From a virus (taxonomy: Duplodnaviria; Caudoviricetes), in IMG/VR virus record IMGVR_UViG_3300017747_003012, positions 1 to 28,871 of that record: 28,871 bases of DNA, one strand, 5' to 3'. Position 1 is the stretch's first letter. Every line of letters begins with the position of its first letter. The notes under the pieces were generated by a model. The model searched no databases. It saw only the letters and a list, made by a program, of their open reading frames with translations, and was not told the origin of the DNA. Position numbers and translations under genes: made by a program. This document shows positions 1 to 9,087 of this stretch, piece after piece.

Positions 1-448
1 CGTGATGTTCGTGGGCGCTCGCGCGTTCCGCGACCTCAAGCTGGACTCGAACATGGTCAATGCCAACCGTGACGCTCGCGCACGTGAAGGCAACGGCATG
101 GACAACAACCCGTTGTTCCAGGATGGCGACCTCATCATCGACGGCGTCATCATCCGCCAGATTGAGGAAATCTCGACGCTTATCACAACGTCGAGCATCT
201 TCTCTGCGTCTGGTGCTTCGTCCATTCCGGTCGAGCCAGGCTTCCTCTGCGGTCAGCAGGCGATGGGCGTGGTTTGGGGTCAGGAACCGATGCCGATCAC
301 CGACATGACGGCGGACTACAAGTTCCGTCCGGGTGTTGCCATCGAAGAACTGCGCGGCATCGCCAAGCTGCACTTTGGAACCGGGTCAAGCTCGGCTTCG
401 AAACAGCAGGGCATCGTGACGGTCTATTCGTCAGGCGTTGCTGACTAA
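1..448 (+). CDS. Major capsid protein, C-terminal part (N4-gp56/DUF4043-like), 5' truncated
   Basis: NPLFQDG...DGVIIR, FLCGQQAMGVVWGQ and DYKFRPGVAIEELRGIAKLHF resemble this capsid family C-terminus; followed by a terminator and virion genes. Confidence 0.8.
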   Translation, partial: VMFVGARAFRDLKLDSNMVNANRDARAREGNGMDNNPLFQDGDLIIDGVIIRQIEEISTLITTSSIFSASGASSIPVEPGFLCGQQAMGVVWGQEPMPITDMTADYKFRPGVAIEELRGIAKLHFGTGSSSASKQQGIVTVYSSGVAD

Positions 449-452
449 GTTT

Positions 453-491
453 GAGCGGCTGGCTTATGGCTGGCCGCTTCCCTTTTCTCTT
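453..491 (+). terminator. Rho-independent terminator after capsid gene
   Basis: GAGCGGCTGGC-TTATG-GCTGGCCGCTT stem with GU pairs followed by CCCTTTTCTCTT. Confidence 0.6.
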
Positions 492-509
492 GTATGAGGA
501 CCATTTGTA

Positions 510-947
510 ATGGCTACCTACACTTCGAAACAGTACGCCAATTCGCCGAAGGCGTTCGTCGGCGCAACTCCCGGCAACACGATGACTTTCTATTGGGAAG
601 TCAGCATCACGGCTGCCGCTGCCAACCTCGACGCTTTCGTTTTCGGCACCGTTCCCAAGGGCTTCCGCCTGACGCATGCGACGCTTGAATCCACCGACAT
701 CGACACGAACGGTTCGCCGACCGTGACGATCAACGTGGGTGACGCTGGCGACGCTGACCGCATCTTCGCGGCATCGACTGTCGGTCAGGCCGGAACGCTT
801 TCGAGCGCGATGGCCACTACTGGCTTCGGCTATCTCTACACGGATGACACGGTCATCACGGGTGCAATCCCAACGGGTCCGGCAACGGGCGCGACGGGCA
901 CGCTGTTACTCGCAATCATGGGCCGCTTTGAAGGCCCGAACTCGTAA
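510..947 (+). CDS. Putative capsid decoration / minor virion protein
   Basis: GAGGA RBS; Thr/Gly/Ala-rich beta-type protein (DIDTNGSPTVTINVGDAGDADR) immediately after the capsid gene. Confidence 0.6.
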   Translation: MATYTSKQYANSPKAFVGATPGNTMTFYWEVSITAAAANLDAFVFGTVPKGFRLTHATLESTDIDTNGSPTVTINVGDAGDADRIFAASTVGQAGTLSSAMATTGFGYLYTDDTVITGAIPTGPATGATGTLLLAIMGRFEGPNS

Positions 948-951
948 GCAT

Positions 952-985
952 GAGGGGGCGGGCTACAATCCGCCCCTTTCTTTTT
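952..985 (+). terminator. Rho-independent terminator
   Basis: GGGGCGGG-CTACAA-TCCGCCCC followed by TTTCTTTTT. Confidence 0.75.
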
Positions 986-1001
986 CTGACAAGGAGGGTT
1001 T

Positions 1002-1301
1002 ATGACCAGGTTCGTTTATTTAGGCGGTACGGAATTCGACGGCACCGAAATGCCCGCATCCGTCACCATGTACGGCATCAAGTTCATTGAAGGCGTTGCC
1101 AAGGATGTGCTTCCGGGCAACTTTGCCGACGATTCCAAGTTTCAGCACGCGATCAGCAAGCTGAAGACGCACCAGTTCTTCCAGACGGTCAACGACGAAC
1201 CCGGCACGCTTGAGGTGCTTGAGGCTCCGAAGGCCAAGCGCGGACGGCCTGCCAAGGTTGTGGCTGAAGACGCTGTATTTGTTGAGGATGCTGCAGAGTG
1301 A
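1002..1301 (+). CDS. Hypothetical phage protein (KRGRP motif)
   Basis: AAGGAGG RBS; GTGA overlap with next gene. Confidence 0.7.
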   Translation: MTRFVYLGGTEFDGTEMPASVTMYGIKFIEGVAKDVLPGNFADDSKFQHAISKLKTHQFFQTVNDEPGTLEVLEAPKAKRGRPAKVVAEDAVFVEDAAE

Positions 1302-1645
1302 CGACGACCAATGTGGAACTCTACGCGCTAGTCGCTGAAGAGTTGGGCATCATCAGCAACGGTGAGACGCTCGACGCGAACACTAGCGACATGATCTCCA
1401 GGCGCGCAACAAAGGTCAGGGCGTGGCTCATCGAGGAGTCACTCGTCTACTGGCTGGATGACAACATTCCCGACGCCGCTGCGCTTCCATACGCGCAGGT
1501 CATTGCAGGTCAGTGCGCTGAAGCCTTCGGGCGCGGTCCCAATTCCGACACACCCTATCTGCTTGGCGAGACGGGCTACCGCTTGCTTGAGCGTCACGTC
1601 TCTCAGCGTTCCAGCAAGGAACCTGTCATGGTGGAGTATTTCTAA
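1298..1645 (+). CDS. Putative head-tail adaptor (P22 gp4-like position)
   Basis: LYALVAEELGIISNGETLDA N-terminus, helical 115 aa, located upstream of the gp10-like gene. Confidence 0.55.
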   Translation: MTTTNVELYALVAEELGIISNGETLDANTSDMISRRATKVRAWLIEESLVYWLDDNIPDAAALPYAQVIAGQCAEAFGRGPNSDTPYLLGETGYRLLERHVSQRSSKEPVMVEYF

Positions 1646-1941
1646 TGGCTTTGAACACCAACTATGTTGAGAGGGTAGACCTCCTCGTCAACGAAGCCGC
1701 GACCGGCAGTTATCGCACGGTTAAGGGCGGCACATACATCTGGTCAGCCGAGGGCACATTCTCATCGGCCACGCTGCAGCTTCAGGCGAAGAATGCGAAC
1801 GGCACAGCCACGGACATCACTGGCGCGTCATTGGCAGCGGCAGGCTTTGTATCTGTGCTGCTTGGCGCGGACGCTGAAGTGCGCGTTGCCGTTACCGGCT
1901 CGCCCACTGGCATCTATTCCTCGCTCGTCGCGGTGCCATAA
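1645..1941 (+). CDS. Putative small virion protein
   Basis: TAATG coupling; beta-rich (GTFSSATLQLQ). Confidence 0.55.
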   Translation: MALNTNYVERVDLLVNEAATGSYRTVKGGTYIWSAEGTFSSATLQLQAKNANGTATDITGASLAAAGFVSVLLGADAEVRVAVTGSPTGIYSSLVAVP

Positions 1942-2423
1942 TGGGGGGCGTCATCTTGCGGCCCTCGACGCCGCTTATCCTTGGCGTATCTGGGACCATT
2001 GCCAGCGCGGGCGCGAACACGACTGAAAACATCCTCGCCACGGTCACAATCCCCGGCGGGCTGATGGGTCCTAACGGCCAGTTGTGGGTCTACACGCTGT
2101 GGAACTACACGAACTCAGCCAACAGCAAGACAATGCGCGTCCGTCTCAACGGTGCGGGAAGCACGCAGGCGTTTGCCATCACACAGACGGCCACGACGCA
2201 GATGGCTGACCTCCGCATCATCCAGAACGCGGGCGCGCAGAACAGCCAGATATTCTTCGACCGTGGGTCTGTTCCGCATCCGGGCGCGACATCGGTCGGC
2301 GTCAACACCACTGCCGCAATTGACACAAGCGTTACCACATCCCTCGTTATCACGGGGCAGAAAGCAACGGCTGGCGAGACGCTTTCCCTTGTTTCGTGGT
2401 CCGTCCAGCTTATCCGGCCCTGA
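1941..2423 (+). CDS. Putative virion structural protein
   Basis: TAATG coupling; Thr/Gly/Asn-rich beta-sandwich-like sequence. Confidence 0.55.
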   Translation: MGGVILRPSTPLILGVSGTIASAGANTTENILATVTIPGGLMGPNGQLWVYTLWNYTNSANSKTMRVRLNGAGSTQAFAITQTATTQMADLRIIQNAGAQNSQIFFDRGSVPHPGATSVGVNTTAAIDTSVTTSLVITGQKATAGETLSLVSWSVQLIRP

Positions 2424-3853
2424 TGCCCCGCGTCCGTATCCCCTTTGGCCGCACCTTCAACAAAGGCCGCAGCAACGCCGCAGGTATGCAGAGCCTTGTG
2501 AACCTCTACGGCGAGCCTGTCGAGGGCGAGGGAAGGACCGACTTTGTCTGCTATGGCACGCCAGCTAGGTCCCTGTTCGCCACCATAGGCGGGGGACAGG
2601 TGCGCGGCATGATAACGGCTAGCGACGTTCACTACGCAGTCATCGGGACGACGCTGTACAAGGTCAACTTTGACGGCACGTCATCGAGCCTGGGGACGGT
2701 TGAGGGCGCTTTGCCTGTCGATATGTCCTACAACTCAAACCAGATCGACATCGTCGCCGAGGTCAAGAGCTACTATTTTGATGTGCCAACCCTGACGCTT
2801 ACCGAGCATTCGGGTGGGGGGTATGAGCAGGCCACGTCATGCACTTCCCTGGCGAGCTACACAATTATCGCAGTCAAGGACACAGGCCGCTTTCGCTGGC
2901 GGCTGACAAACGTCTTCACCTTCGACGCGCTCGACTTCGCCACGGCTGAAGCTGAGAGTGATAACCTTGTCGCAGTTCGCGCAGTTGCCAACGATGTGGC
3001 ATTGCTTGGCACGAAAACCACGGAATGGTGGGGACCTACGGGTGACAGCGGGGCTAACGCATTCGCTCGAACTGCCACGGCATCGGCTAACATCGGCTGC
3101 ACGTCACGTGATACGGCATTAGTCGTAGATAGCGGCCTGACATGGGTTGGACGGGACGGGAAGGCAGGGGGCGTCTCAGTCTATCGCGCAGAGGGCTACG
3201 CACCGCGCAAGATATCACCGCCAGAGGTGGACACGCTGCTTGAGGCTGTGGCTGACCTGAGCAACCTGAAGGCATTTGCTTATCAGCAGCGCGGGCATCT
3301 GTTCTATGTGCTGACCTTGCCGGATGAATGGACGGTCGCTTGGGACATCTCCACGAACCTCTGGTCCTATCGCAAGAGCGGCTCCTGGCCGATGGGTGAA
3401 GACCCCACGGGCGGGTGGGATGCGCGTAACTTCGCCATCAATGGCACTAAGCAAGTCGTCGGCTCATCCGATGGCAACCTGTACGAATTGCTTGCCGACA
3501 GTTTCACGGAAAACACCGAGGGCATTGTCCGCGAGGCCACGTCAACGCAGATCAGCCACGACGGCAAGCGCGCCTTCATGTCTAGGCTTGAACTGGACAT
3601 CGAAGCGGGTGTGGGCCTTTCCTCCGGTCAGGGTTCAAGCCCCATTGTGATGGAAAGCCACAGCGATGACGGCGGCATGACTTGGAGCAACCCCCGTAAT
3701 GCAAGCATGGGCCAGATCGGGCAATACAAGTACCGGGCGGTCTGGAATGCGCTTGGCTCGTATCGCAACAGAATTATCAAGGTCCGCGTCAGTGACCCCG
3801 TGAAGGTGGTCATGCTTGGCATGTGGGCAGATGTCAAAGTAGGGGCGCACTAA
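2423..3853 (+). CDS. Packaged DNA stabilization / tail hub protein (P22 gp10-like)
   Basis: DALDFATAEAESDNLVA, TTEWW, YQQRGHLFYVLT, SDDGGMTWSN, GQIGQYKYRAVWNALG; TGATG-coupled ATG at 2423. Confidence 0.9.
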   Translation: MPRVRIPFGRTFNKGRSNAAGMQSLVNLYGEPVEGEGRTDFVCYGTPARSLFATIGGGQVRGMITASDVHYAVIGTTLYKVNFDGTSSSLGTVEGALPVDMSYNSNQIDIVAEVKSYYFDVPTLTLTEHSGGGYEQATSCTSLASYTIIAVKDTGRFRWRLTNVFTFDALDFATAEAESDNLVAVRAVANDVALLGTKTTEWWGPTGDSGANAFARTATASANIGCTSRDTALVVDSGLTWVGRDGKAGGVSVYRAEGYAPRKISPPEVDTLLEAVADLSNLKAFAYQQRGHLFYVLTLPDEWTVAWDISTNLWSYRKSGSWPMGEDPTGGWDARNFAINGTKQVVGSSDGNLYELLADSFTENTEGIVREATSTQISHDGKRAFMSRLELDIEAGVGLSSGQGSSPIVMESHSDDGGMTWSNPRNASMGQIGQYKYRAVWNALGSYRNRIIKVRVSDPVKVVMLGMWADVKVGAH

Positions 3854-4077
3854 TGAACGCGAATTATCTGAGCATGATGGCGCAGCGTTTCCCGCAGGGC
3901 GGTCAGGCTCAACAGCCACGCTTGATGCAGATGCTTATGGCAAGGCGTCAGCAGATGCAGCAGCCACAAGCCAGCATCATGCCGGTGGGCCAGCCCATGC
4001 AGCAGATCCAGACCATCGCACAGCCTCCCATGCAGAGGGGCAACAGGCTGATGCCGAAGGGTATGCAGTCCTACTGA
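3853..4077 (+). CDS. Small Gln/Met/Pro-rich low-complexity protein
   Basis: TAATG coupling upstream and TGATG downstream. Confidence 0.55.
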   Translation: MNANYLSMMAQRFPQGGQAQQPRLMQMLMARRQQMQQPQASIMPVGQPMQQIQTIAQPPMQRGNRLMPKGMQSY

Positions 4078-4337
4078 TGACCCGCCGCCGCTCCAACGTC
4101 CCCCAGAAGATCCACCAAGATGACCGCGAGGTGCTTGGCTTCTACCAAGCCATTCTGGATTATCAGAAGGGCCTAGTCCCGACAGGCGTTGCAGTCCGTA
4201 ACCACGCCCTGACGGTTCCAGAGGGCTACCTGTCGTGTGACGGCTCCACGTTCTCTGCGACGACATACCCAGACCTAGCGACCGCATTAGGCGGGACAAC
4301 ATTGCCTGTGCAGGCAGGCTTCGTGATTAAGACCTAA
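4077..4337 (+). CDS. Stand-alone phage tail collar domain protein
   Basis: VPTG...VPEGYLSCDGSTFSATTYPDLATALG...LP...FVIKT collar signature. Confidence 0.8.
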   Translation: MTRRRSNVPQKIHQDDREVLGFYQAILDYQKGLVPTGVAVRNHALTVPEGYLSCDGSTFSATTYPDLATALGGTTLPVQAGFVIKT

Positions 4338-4346
4338 AGAGGGAAA

Positions 4347-4892
4347 ATGCGAAACTTCTACAGGCTATGCGAGGGCATAGACACTGTGTCGATAGTCCAT
4401 GCCTTGCACTCAAGGCCGGAACTCTGGAACCGTAACGCGCTTCGGCGTGAATACCCCGGAACCCCGCATGAAGAATGCGATGACATCTGGGTCAGGTTCC
4501 AGCCTGAAGGCATGACGGTAGAGCAGGTGGTGGATGCACATGAGAGCATCAACTATCCAGCCTTGGCTGAGTTGCCGGGGCTTCGGCCTATCATCTTCGG
4601 GCTTATGAGGCAGGTGGAGGGCGAGAGGCTTGGCCGGGTGCTTATCTCCAGACTAGCCCCTGGCGGGCGCATTCACCCGCACGTCGATGGCGGGGACCAC
4701 GCGCGCTACTACAAGCGATACCAGATCGCGCTGCAGAGCCTTCCGGGCGTTGTGTTTCGGGCGGGTGACGAGACAGTCGCCATGCGGACGGGTGACATCT
4801 GGTGGTTCGACAACTCGATAGAGCATGAGGTCATCAACAACAGCGCAGACGACAGGCTAGCCCTGATCGTGGACATCCGCCCATGCTTGTGA
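4347..4892 (+). CDS. Aspartyl/asparaginyl beta-hydroxylase-family 2OG-Fe(II) oxygenase
   Basis: SRLAPGGRIHPHVD (HxD), GDIWWFDNSIEHEVIN (distal His), DRLALIVDI (2OG-binding Arg). Confidence 0.9.
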   Translation: MRNFYRLCEGIDTVSIVHALHSRPELWNRNALRREYPGTPHEECDDIWVRFQPEGMTVEQVVDAHESINYPALAELPGLRPIIFGLMRQVEGERLGRVLISRLAPGGRIHPHVDGGDHARYYKRYQIALQSLPGVVFRAGDETVAMRTGDIWWFDNSIEHEVINNSADDRLALIVDIRPCL

Positions 4893-5341
4893 CCTACGCA
4901 ACCGAGCAATGGCCGGATGTGGTGGGGGAGTTGGCAGCGCATTGGCCGAGGCATTGGGCGGAAGTCGCGATGCACAAGGACAAGATTGCGCTCAAGCCGA
5001 ACTATGGCGAGTACCAGAGGCTGCATGAAAGCGGGCAGCTTCATGTGACAGTGGCGCGGGACGGTGGCGAGTGTGTCGGCTACCTCACGGCGATTGTCAG
5101 GCCGCACCTGCATTATAGCCAGTCACTCAGTGCCTTCTACGACCTGTACTACGTGCAGCCAAACCATCGCCTCTGGATGACGGGTGTGAGCCTGTTTGCC
5201 AATGCCGAGAAGGCTTTGAAGCAGCGCGGGGTTGAGCGGCTGTTTACGGGCACGAAATTGTCTAAAGACGCGGCGTTGATTTTCCAGCGCGGCGGGTGGG
5301 AAGAGGCCGAAAGGCTGTTTGTGAAGTACATCGGAGAATAA
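4883..5341 (+). CDS. GNAT-family acetyltransferase-like protein
   Basis: VARDGGECVGY...DLYYVQPNHR..TGVSLF..AEKALKQRGV motif A pattern. Confidence 0.8.
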   Translation: MLVTYATEQWPDVVGELAAHWPRHWAEVAMHKDKIALKPNYGEYQRLHESGQLHVTVARDGGECVGYLTAIVRPHLHYSQSLSAFYDLYYVQPNHRLWMTGVSLFANAEKALKQRGVERLFTGTKLSKDAALIFQRGGWEEAERLFVKYIGE

Positions 5342-5342
5342 C

Positions 5343-6065
5343 ATGGTCGCAGTTGCAATCGGCGCTACCGTCTTGAGTGCGGGGGCGTCAGTCTACGGTG
5401 CCAACAAGGCCGCGAGCGCGCAGAAGAAAGCCGCACAGCAGGCAGGCGACATCCAGCGGCAGCAGTTTGAGCAGACGCGCTCCGACCTTGCCCCTTATCG
5501 TGACGTGGGCAGCAATGCACTCAGCCGCTATCAGAACCTGCTTGGCATGAATGGGCAGGACGCCTATCAGTCCAGCCTGAACGACTACCAGCAAAGCCCC
5601 TTTCTCTCCCAGCTTGTCAAAGACACGCAGCGAGGCGTGGATGCCTCCAGCGCAGCACGTGGGGGCCTGTTCTCAGGCTCTACCGCGCAGGCCATCGGAG
5701 ACCGCACGGGGCAACTCTATCTCGGCGACTTCAACAACTATCTGAGCCGCGTTGGTGGCCTCGTAGACACGGGGGCCAGTGCGGCAACGACCACAGGCCA
5801 GTTTGGGGCCAATGCAGCCTCTGGCCGCGCTAATGCAGCCACAGCGGCTGGCAACGCACAGGCGGGCGGGTACATCAACATGGCCAATGGCGTGAACAAC
5901 GCATTGAGCCAAGGGGCAAGCCTTTATGGCGCGTACAAGGGCGGGGCGTTTGGTCCACCCAATGGTGGCTTCAGTTCGTCTGCGGGGCAGAATTACTTCA
6001 TGAACGGCGGAAGCGCCCCAGCCGCCGCACAGCGCGCACTTACGGGGGGTCGTCCTTATGGCTGA
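5343..6065 (+). CDS. DNA ejection/pilot protein (P22 gp7-like)
   Basis: Hydrophobic Ala/Gly N-terminus, AASAQKKAAQQA, LAPYRDVG, SSAARGGLFSG. Confidence 0.8.
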   Translation: MVAVAIGATVLSAGASVYGANKAASAQKKAAQQAGDIQRQQFEQTRSDLAPYRDVGSNALSRYQNLLGMNGQDAYQSSLNDYQQSPFLSQLVKDTQRGVDASSAARGGLFSGSTAQAIGDRTGQLYLGDFNNYLSRVGGLVDTGASAATTTGQFGANAASGRANAATAAGNAQAGGYINMANGVNNALSQGASLYGAYKGGAFGPPNGGFSSSAGQNYFMNGGSAPAAAQRALTGGRPYG

Positions 6066-7200
6066 ACTTCAGATGCCTGACATCGCGGGCAACTTCCTTA
6101 GCAGCTACTACACAGCGCAGCAGAAGCAGCAGGCTGATGCAGATCGTCAGCGGAACATGATGCGTCAGGATGTGGCGGATCAACGTCAAGGCCAGCAGTT
6201 TGACATGGAGATGGACATCAACCAACTCAAGTTGGCGGCGGGTCGCGCAGAGGCGTTCGACAACATCTTAAGGAAGGTGAGGCCGGGCGATGATGCCTCG
6301 CTGCAGCAGGCCAAGTCCGAGTTTGTGAACACCTTCGGCGGCGACCCCAATGCAATCGCGGGCGTTACAATGGACCGGGTGATGGAACTGCGCGCGGAGT
6401 CGGACCTGAAACTGAAAGAGTTGCGCGCGCGCATTGCTGCGACTGACAGGTCCAACAGGCCGCAGGCTGGTGGCGGTGGCGGTGGGTTCACGTCACCAAC
6501 TGGCGAAGGCGATGGCCTCAACCCGTATGAGGGCATCACCGACCCGAAGCAGCGGGATATGATGTATCGGCAGTTAACGACTGACTTTAACGCGCGCCAG
6601 CGTGACTATCAGAAAGACCGGGCTGAGGCGCAAAACATCCTCGCGTCAACCGAGGAGTTCCTTGCGCTCAACAAGAAAGTTGGAAGCGGAGGCGTCACGG
6701 GTTCAGGCGGTTTGTCGTCTGTCCCGATTGTCAATTCCGCACGCAACATGGTCGATTCCGATTGGGCGCGGATGAACGCTATTACTGACAGGCTGACGCC
6801 ACTTATGAGGCAAGGTCTGCCGGGTGCTGCGTCGGACCGCGACATGCAGACATTCAGGGGCGCAACGGTGGGGACCGGGAAGCTGGGCGAGGCCAACGTA
6901 GGCATTGCTCGCGGGCTTCAAGTGGCAGCTAAAAACGTCATTGATAAGGGGCTATTTGACGAAGCGTACTTCCGGCGCAATCGCCACCTTCAGGGCAGTG
7001 ACAATGCTTGGAACCGTTACCTTGAAGAAAACCCGATCTTTGACCCAAACAGCGACCCAGCGAATCCTGCGTTGAACAGGTCAAGGAAATCGTGGCGGGA
7101 GTATATTTCGCCATCGGTTTCTGCACCGCAGGCCGCTCCCGCTGCCGCACCAGCCGCTGACGACTTTTCTGACGTGGACGCATTGTTGGGGCTTAAATAA
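6058..7200 (+). CDS. DNA ejection protein (gp20-like position)
   Basis: Gln-rich coiled-coil N-terminus, GAASDRD motif, second of three coupled genes. Confidence 0.6.
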   Translation: MAELQMPDIAGNFLSSYYTAQQKQQADADRQRNMMRQDVADQRQGQQFDMEMDINQLKLAAGRAEAFDNILRKVRPGDDASLQQAKSEFVNTFGGDPNAIAGVTMDRVMELRAESDLKLKELRARIAATDRSNRPQAGGGGGGFTSPTGEGDGLNPYEGITDPKQRDMMYRQLTTDFNARQRDYQKDRAEAQNILASTEEFLALNKKVGSGGVTGSGGLSSVPIVNSARNMVDSDWARMNAITDRLTPLMRQGLPGAASDRDMQTFRGATVGTGKLGEANVGIARGLQVAAKNVIDKGLFDEAYFRRNRHLQGSDNAWNRYLEENPIFDPNSDPANPALNRSRKSWREYISPSVSAPQAAPAAAPAADDFSDVDALLGLK

Positions 7201-8975
7201 TGGCGACCAATGAGGAACGGCTTGCGGCGTCTGCTGCGTGGCTTCGCGCGAACAAAGACAAGGCCAACACGCCCGAATTCAATCGGGTGGCTCAAGTCTA
7301 TAAGACCCTGAGAACTGCGCCTGTAACGCAAGCCGCTACACAGGCGGGCGCACAGATGCCAACGCCACAGCAGCCGAGCATGTTGCAAAACCTTGCAGAC
7401 GGAGCCTCTGGCATCGCGGGCAACTTCGCGGGCGGGGCAGTGGACGCCATTCTTACACTGCCTGGCGCTGTCAATGACCTGATGCTTATGGGCGTCGATC
7501 AGGTTGCGCAGCAGTTTGGCGCGAAACCAATGACGGCAGAACAGTTTGCGCAAAACCCCTTTGGCGCAGAAACAACGCGCGGGATGCTGCGGGACTACGT
7601 TGGGCCTGAGATCCTTGGGCCTGAAGCCAAAACTACGGCGGAAAAGTACGCGCGGCGGGTTGGCGAGTTTGTCGGCCCCGGCGCTGCATTTGCCCCGCTG
7701 AACGCAATGCGGCCTGTGTTGACGGCCAGCGTGGCGGGCGGCGTTGGCTCTCGCGCGGCGCAAGACGCCTTCCCCGACAGTGCGCTTGCGCCTGTCCTTG
7801 GCGGTCTTGCTGGGGGCTTTGCCCCGTCAGCCATTAGCGCAGCGCGTAACGCGCGGGTGCCGACTGCTGGTATGAATGTCGAAACGGCGAAACTTGCACA
7901 GCAGATGATTGACGAGGGCATCGACATCTTGCCTGGCCAAGTCGGTAGCAAAGCAGCAAAGATTGCATATGACGCGGTGTCCAAGTTGCCCTTCATGGGC
8001 GACAAGGCGCGGCAGGCTCAGGCAAAACAGTTCAACTCGGCCATTGCCCGGACCTTTGGCGAACAAGCCGACTCCATAACGCCAGAGGTCATGACGCGGG
8101 CAAAAGACCGCATCGGCAAGATGTTCAACGAGGTGTTCGACAACAACACTATCAACGCGGACAAGCAGTTGCTGGATGACCTTGCAGACGTTCAATTGCG
8201 CGCCACCAACAACCTGACCGACGCGCAAGCCAACGATGTCGGCAAGATGATCTCGACCATCCTTAACGAGTTCAACAAGGGCGGCGGGACCATGAAGGGG
8301 CGCGTGTATAGCGCGTTTACGAACAAGGGCGGGGCGCTGCAGAACCTCACAAGCAGCGCAGACCCCAACATCAAGTTTTACGCGGGCAAGGTTCGCGACG
8401 TGATTGACGACGCCTTCACCCGCTTTGCAAGCGCCGATGACGTGGCAAAACTCGGAACAGCCAAGACCCAATACAGGGCCATGAAGACCATTCAGGATCT
8501 TGTGCCCAAGGCGGCAGACGGGAACATCAGCCCTGCGCTGCTTCTCGGCAAGGTCATGTCAAATGATAAAAACATGGCATACTCTGGCGGCGGCAAACTG
8601 GGCACGCTCGCGCGTGGCGGGCAACGGTTCCTCAAAGAAGTGGGCGGCTCACAGACCCCAGAGCGCACTGCGATCTACGGCGCGTTAGGTGCTGCTGGCG
8701 GCGGCACGGCATGGATGGCCCCGCAGGTTATTGCGCCTGCTGCTGCTGTTTGGGGCGGCTCAAAACTCATCAAGTCGCTGCTTGAAAGCAAGAAGCTAGG
8801 CGCGCGCATGGTGGCGGGGGCGCTTCGCAGGGCAAACGGCAACGTGCGGAAGTTTGACCCTAAGGTTATGGCAGCACAGGCCGCACGCGGGTCGGCTCCT
8901 GGCTCAATCGGTGTCGCGGGGCGGGGGCAAAGCCTTGAGCGTCGTCCTCCGCTGGCGCTTCCGCGCCCGGAATAA
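7200..8975 (+). CDS. Large DNA ejection protein (gp16-like position)
   Basis: 591 aa Ala/Gly-rich helical protein; DGNISPALL, SQTPER, hydrophobic GAAGGG segment. Confidence 0.65.
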   Translation: MATNEERLAASAAWLRANKDKANTPEFNRVAQVYKTLRTAPVTQAATQAGAQMPTPQQPSMLQNLADGASGIAGNFAGGAVDAILTLPGAVNDLMLMGVDQVAQQFGAKPMTAEQFAQNPFGAETTRGMLRDYVGPEILGPEAKTTAEKYARRVGEFVGPGAAFAPLNAMRPVLTASVAGGVGSRAAQDAFPDSALAPVLGGLAGGFAPSAISAARNARVPTAGMNVETAKLAQQMIDEGIDILPGQVGSKAAKIAYDAVSKLPFMGDKARQAQAKQFNSAIARTFGEQADSITPEVMTRAKDRIGKMFNEVFDNNTINADKQLLDDLADVQLRATNNLTDAQANDVGKMISTILNEFNKGGGTMKGRVYSAFTNKGGALQNLTSSADPNIKFYAGKVRDVIDDAFTRFASADDVAKLGTAKTQYRAMKTIQDLVPKAADGNISPALLLGKVMSNDKNMAYSGGGKLGTLARGGQRFLKEVGGSQTPERTAIYGALGAAGGGTAWMAPQVIAPAAAVWGGSKLIKSLLESKKLGARMVAGALRRANGNVRKFDPKVMAAQAARGSAPGSIGVAGRGQSLERRPPLALPRPE

Positions 8976-9053
8976 ACCCACTGCCCAGTTGAACAGTACA
9001 GGCACGCCCCTGATGACCAAGATCAGGATGGCGAAGGTGATGACTGCGGTCAT
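8904..9053 (-). CDS. 49-aa single-pass membrane protein, antisense (not in ORF track)
   Basis: MTAVITFAILILVIRGVPVLFNWAVGLFRARKRQRRTTLKALPPPRDTD; hydrophobic helix then basic cluster; own promoter-like element. Confidence 0.6.
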   Translation of the reverse strand: MTAVITFAILILVIRGVPVLFNWAVGLFRARKRQRRTTLKALPPPRDTD

Positions 9054-9087
9054 GCCCAAACTCTAGCAGAACTCCCAAGGGGATCAA
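9054..9087 (-). promoter_or_regulatory. Putative sigma70 extended -10 promoter giving a leaderless transcript
   Basis: Minus strand TTGATC-N16-TAGAGT with TGC before the -10; ATG follows after a 6-nt gap. Confidence 0.5.

Noticed and set aside
7125-7160. APQAAPAAAPAA repeat-like stretch
   Set aside because: Ordinary low-complexity linker
7017-8471. Long minus-strand ORFs opposite the ejection genes
   Set aside because: Shadow frames with no recognisable features
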